NCBI GenBank assembly: GCA_943788915.1 | Contig: CALSSD010000006.1 | Span: 248,001-312,000 of the forward strand | DNA from: an uncultured Acidimicrobiales bacterium | GTDB lineage: Bacteria > Actinomycetota > Acidimicrobiia > Acidimicrobiales > UBA10347 | Direction of reading: 5' to 3' | Length of the DNA stretch: 64,000 nucleotides | In this document: positions 61,008 through 64,000 of the stretch, piece by piece | How the letters are laid out: every line of letters begins with the position of its first letter | Numbering within the stretch: position 1 is the stretch's first letter | The notes under the pieces: generated by a model | The model's input: the letters and a program-made list of their open reading frames with translations, nothing else | Told to the model about the DNA's origin: nothing | Database searches by the model: none | Position numbers and translations under genes: made by a program

Positions 61008-62256
61008 CTAACCAGCAAAGGTCGCTGCCAAGGCAGCCTTGAACATGGCTGGGTCCGCTGACCCGGTCATTTCTCGGATGGAATGCATGGCGAGTTGAGG
61101 GGCACCGACATCGACGGTGTCGAGTCCGGTTCGGGCTGCGGTGATTGGGCCGACGGTCGAGCCACATGCCATGTCGGTTCGGCTGACAAACACCTGGTGG
61201 GGGACGCCGGCGCGTTCACATGCGTTGGCAAACAACGCATGGCCAAATGGGGTAGTGGCGTAACGTTCGTTGGCATTGATCTTGATCACCGGGCCTCCGT
61301 TCATCACAATCTGGTGATCTGGGTCATGGCGATCGGCGTAATTGGGATGGGTGGCGTGTGCACAGTCGGCGGAGATACACAGCGAGTTCGCATCGGCGTC
61401 GACAACGAGAGTCTTCGAGGACCGAATCGAGCAACGCCGAGTCGGCTCCGGTGGCGCTGGTGCTGCCAACTTCCTCGTGGTCAAAGAGCGCAACAATCTG
61501 CGTGCCAGGTGCGTCGGACTCGATGAGCGCCTCGGTGCCAGCCCAACACGACAACTGATTGTCGATGCGAGGCGAGGCCACCCATTCGTCGTTCCAGCCG
61601 CCAAACGCTGGCGGCACGACATCATGGGTCATGAGCTGAAATGCGAGAACGTCGTCGGCGGCGATAGCGAGGTGGGCCGCAAGCAATTGCACCAAGCCGG
61701 TCTGCTCGTCGTCATCGTGGGCAAACCCCCACATGGGCTTAAGGTCGGTTTGTTTGTTGAGTTTGAGGCCCTTGGTAGTGATCTCGCGGTCGAGGTGGAT
61801 CGCGAGCTGGGGTATACGCAAAATCGGGCGGTCGATCTTGACCAGGTGCGAGGCCATGTCTCGGGTCACGATCTGGCCCGCGAGTCCGAGGTCTCGATCG
61901 AGCCAGCTATTAATGAGTGCACCGCCGTAGACCTCGACGCCAAGCTGGCGAACACCAGCCGACACGCTGTCGGGATTGGGCTTGATACGAAGATTTGGAC
62001 TGTCCGTGTGGGCAGTGATGACCCGCACAGGGCCCGATACAGCGGTGGTGCGCCATGCAATCAATGAACCAGCTCGGGCTTGGTAACCCATAACTGCGGT
62101 GCCAGCAAAGGGTGCTGTTGCGGAGAATCCTGCCTGTTCAAGCCGTTGTGCCACTTCGGCAACACAGTGGTGTGGTGTAGGTGATGCCGCTACAAATGCC
62201 ATGAAATCGATGGCGTCATCGCGCTGCGCGGGGGAGAGGCTGCTGGTGTTATCCAT
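61008..62256 (-). CDS. M18 aspartyl aminopeptidase, frameshifted near 61414
   Basis: AHTDSP, DNQLSC, DHEEVGS in one frame; [24 protein letters not shown] in the next. Confidence 0.88.
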
Positions 62257-62450
62257 TACGTTTAAGCGTAGTCGGGGGTACTGCGTGGCCCTCTCACTGC
62301 CGGGCTGGGGCCGAATTCACGTGTTCTTAGCTTGGGGACAGCCCTCGTGACCGGGGTAAAGTAGCTGGTTGTGGGCCTCAGCGCCGAGGCCCGGCTAAAC
62401 CACCACGACCCAACCCCCCTGACATTGTTTGAGCTTGAAAGACAATGCGT

Positions 62451-62480
62451 AACCAGTGAGCCCAACCAGTGAGCCCAACC
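62451..62480. repeat. 13-bp tandem duplication x2.3
   Basis: AACCAGTGAGCCC AACCAGTGAGCCC AACC just before gltB ATG. Confidence 0.7.
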
Positions 62481-62481
62481 C

Positions 62482-64000
62482 ATGAAAATGTCTGAAAACA
62501 TGCATGATCCTTCGCGTTCGTTGTCGTCAACCGGTCTTCCTGCTCGCCAGGGGCTCTATGACCCCGCGGCTGAACATGATTCATGCGGTGTGAACTTCGT
62601 GGTGAACATGCGTGGGGTGCGCAGCCATGAGACCGTGCAGATGGGCCTTGGTGCCCTGTGCAAGCTCGAACACCGCGGCGCCGTCGGCTCTGATCCGAAC
62701 TCAGGTGACGGTGCTGGTCTCTTGGTGCAGATACCAGACCTGTTCTGTCGGTCGGTTGTTGACTTTGACTTGCCGCCCGAGGGTTTGTACGCCACAGGTA
62801 TTGGTTTTTTTGCCTCAAGACGCAGAAGCCGCAGCCCTAGGCGAAGCTGAGATCGCCCGAGTGTGTCGCGAAGAATCGGTGACCGTGCTTGGTTGGCGCG
62901 ACGTACCGGTTGAACCACAGATTCTCGGCGGTGCCTCAGCTCGCACAATGCCTCGTTTCCGTCAGATATTCGTGACGGCTACCGACGCCGACGGCAACGC
63001 GCTAGGTGGCATTGCGCTCGAGCGGAAGTGTTACATCGCTCGTAAACGTATCGAGCATGACATTCAGTTGCCGGCCGACGGTAGCGAGATGAACGAAGCC
63101 ATGGGCGGTGCAAGCGAAGCACACGATGGCGTGTATTTCGCGAGCCTGTCAGCCCGCACCATGGTCTACAAGGGCATGTTGACCACACCCCAGCTTGGTG
63201 CCTTCTACCCCGATCTGGCTGACCCGAACTTCCAGAGCGCCATTGCGCTGGTGCACAGCCGATTTTCGACGAACACGTTCCCATCGTGGCCGCTGGCGCA
63301 TCCCTACCGCTACGTTGCGCACAACGGCGAGATCAACACCGTTAAGGGCAACTCGAACTGGATGCGGGCTCGCGAAGCGTTGCTGGCGAGCGAACACTTC
63401 GGCGACGACATCGAGAAACTCTTCCCGATCTGCACACCGGGCAATAGCGACACTGCGTCGTTCGACGAGGCGCTAGAACTCATTCACATGGGTGGGTATT
63501 CGCTCCCTGAGGCTGTGCTGATGATGATCCCCGAACCATGGGAAAATCACGAGTCGATGCCCGAGGACATCCGGGCCTACTACCGCTACCACGCGTCGAT
63601 GATCGAGCCATGGGACGGCCCAGCATCGATCGCCTTCACCGACGGCACCGTCATGGGCGCAGTGCTAGACCGCAACGGGCTTCGACCAAGCCGGTATTGG
63701 GTAACCGACGACGACATGGTCATCATGGCGAGCGAGGTCGGTGTCGTCGATGTGCCGGCAAGCAAAATCATCGAGAAGGGCCGCCTTCAGCCCGGACGTA
63801 TGTTCCTCATCGACACCAGCCAGGGTCGAATCATTCGCGACGACGAAATCAAGACGGGACTGGCCTCTGGGGCTCCGTACAGCGAATGGCTTGACCTGCA
63901 TCAGGCGTCGCTTCAGGACCTTCCCGCTGGTTTTGAGCGAAGCGACACCGAGTCCCTACGTCATCGCCAACAGGCGTATGGTTACACCCACGAAGAGCTC
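62482..64000 (+). CDS. gltB: Glutamate synthase large subunit (partial), frameshifted in T7 run near 62805-62811
   Basis: EHDSCGV, HRGAVG..GDGAG, then [33 protein letters not shown] in shifted frame. Confidence 0.95.

Noticed and set aside
43728..62434. Shared 13-mer ACATTGTTTGAGC in two intergenic regions (43728, 62422)
   Set aside because: Several 13-mer matches are expected by chance in 64 kb and flanks are unrelated
62800..62815. Programmed frameshift or phase variation in gltB
   Set aside because: One extra T in a homopolymer, among many similar indels, is best explained as sequencing error

Overview
High-GC bacterial chromosome segment (about 60% GC by eye). It is most likely Actinomycetota, probably an Acidimicrobiia-type lineage. 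This is inferred from many leaderless TANNNT-(6-8 nt)-start genes, DUF2510, HelD, sufCSU and FadE/MaoC/LLM genes; a predicted Na+-pumping pyrophosphatase fits a marine habitat. About 55 CDS: lipid/CoA catabolism, a sulfatase + family-5 ABC importer island, an orphan NorQ/NorD (CbbQ/CbbO-type) pair with a ferredoxin, sufCSU, adenylate cyclase, trpD, helD, M23 peptidase, 3-hydroxyanthranilate dioxygenase, hppA, trkA-trkH-trkH, M18 aminopeptidase and the 5' part of gltB. At least 8 genes, including gltB, carry apparent single-base frameshifts, probably long-read consensus errors. No rRNA, tRNA, CRISPR, transposase or integrase was seen. The most unusual element is a structured non-coding island at about 43.5-43.87 kb. 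It starts with a 16-nt complement of the 16S rRNA 3' end that has no canonical start codon at normal spacing, followed by tiny ORFs and several hairpins.
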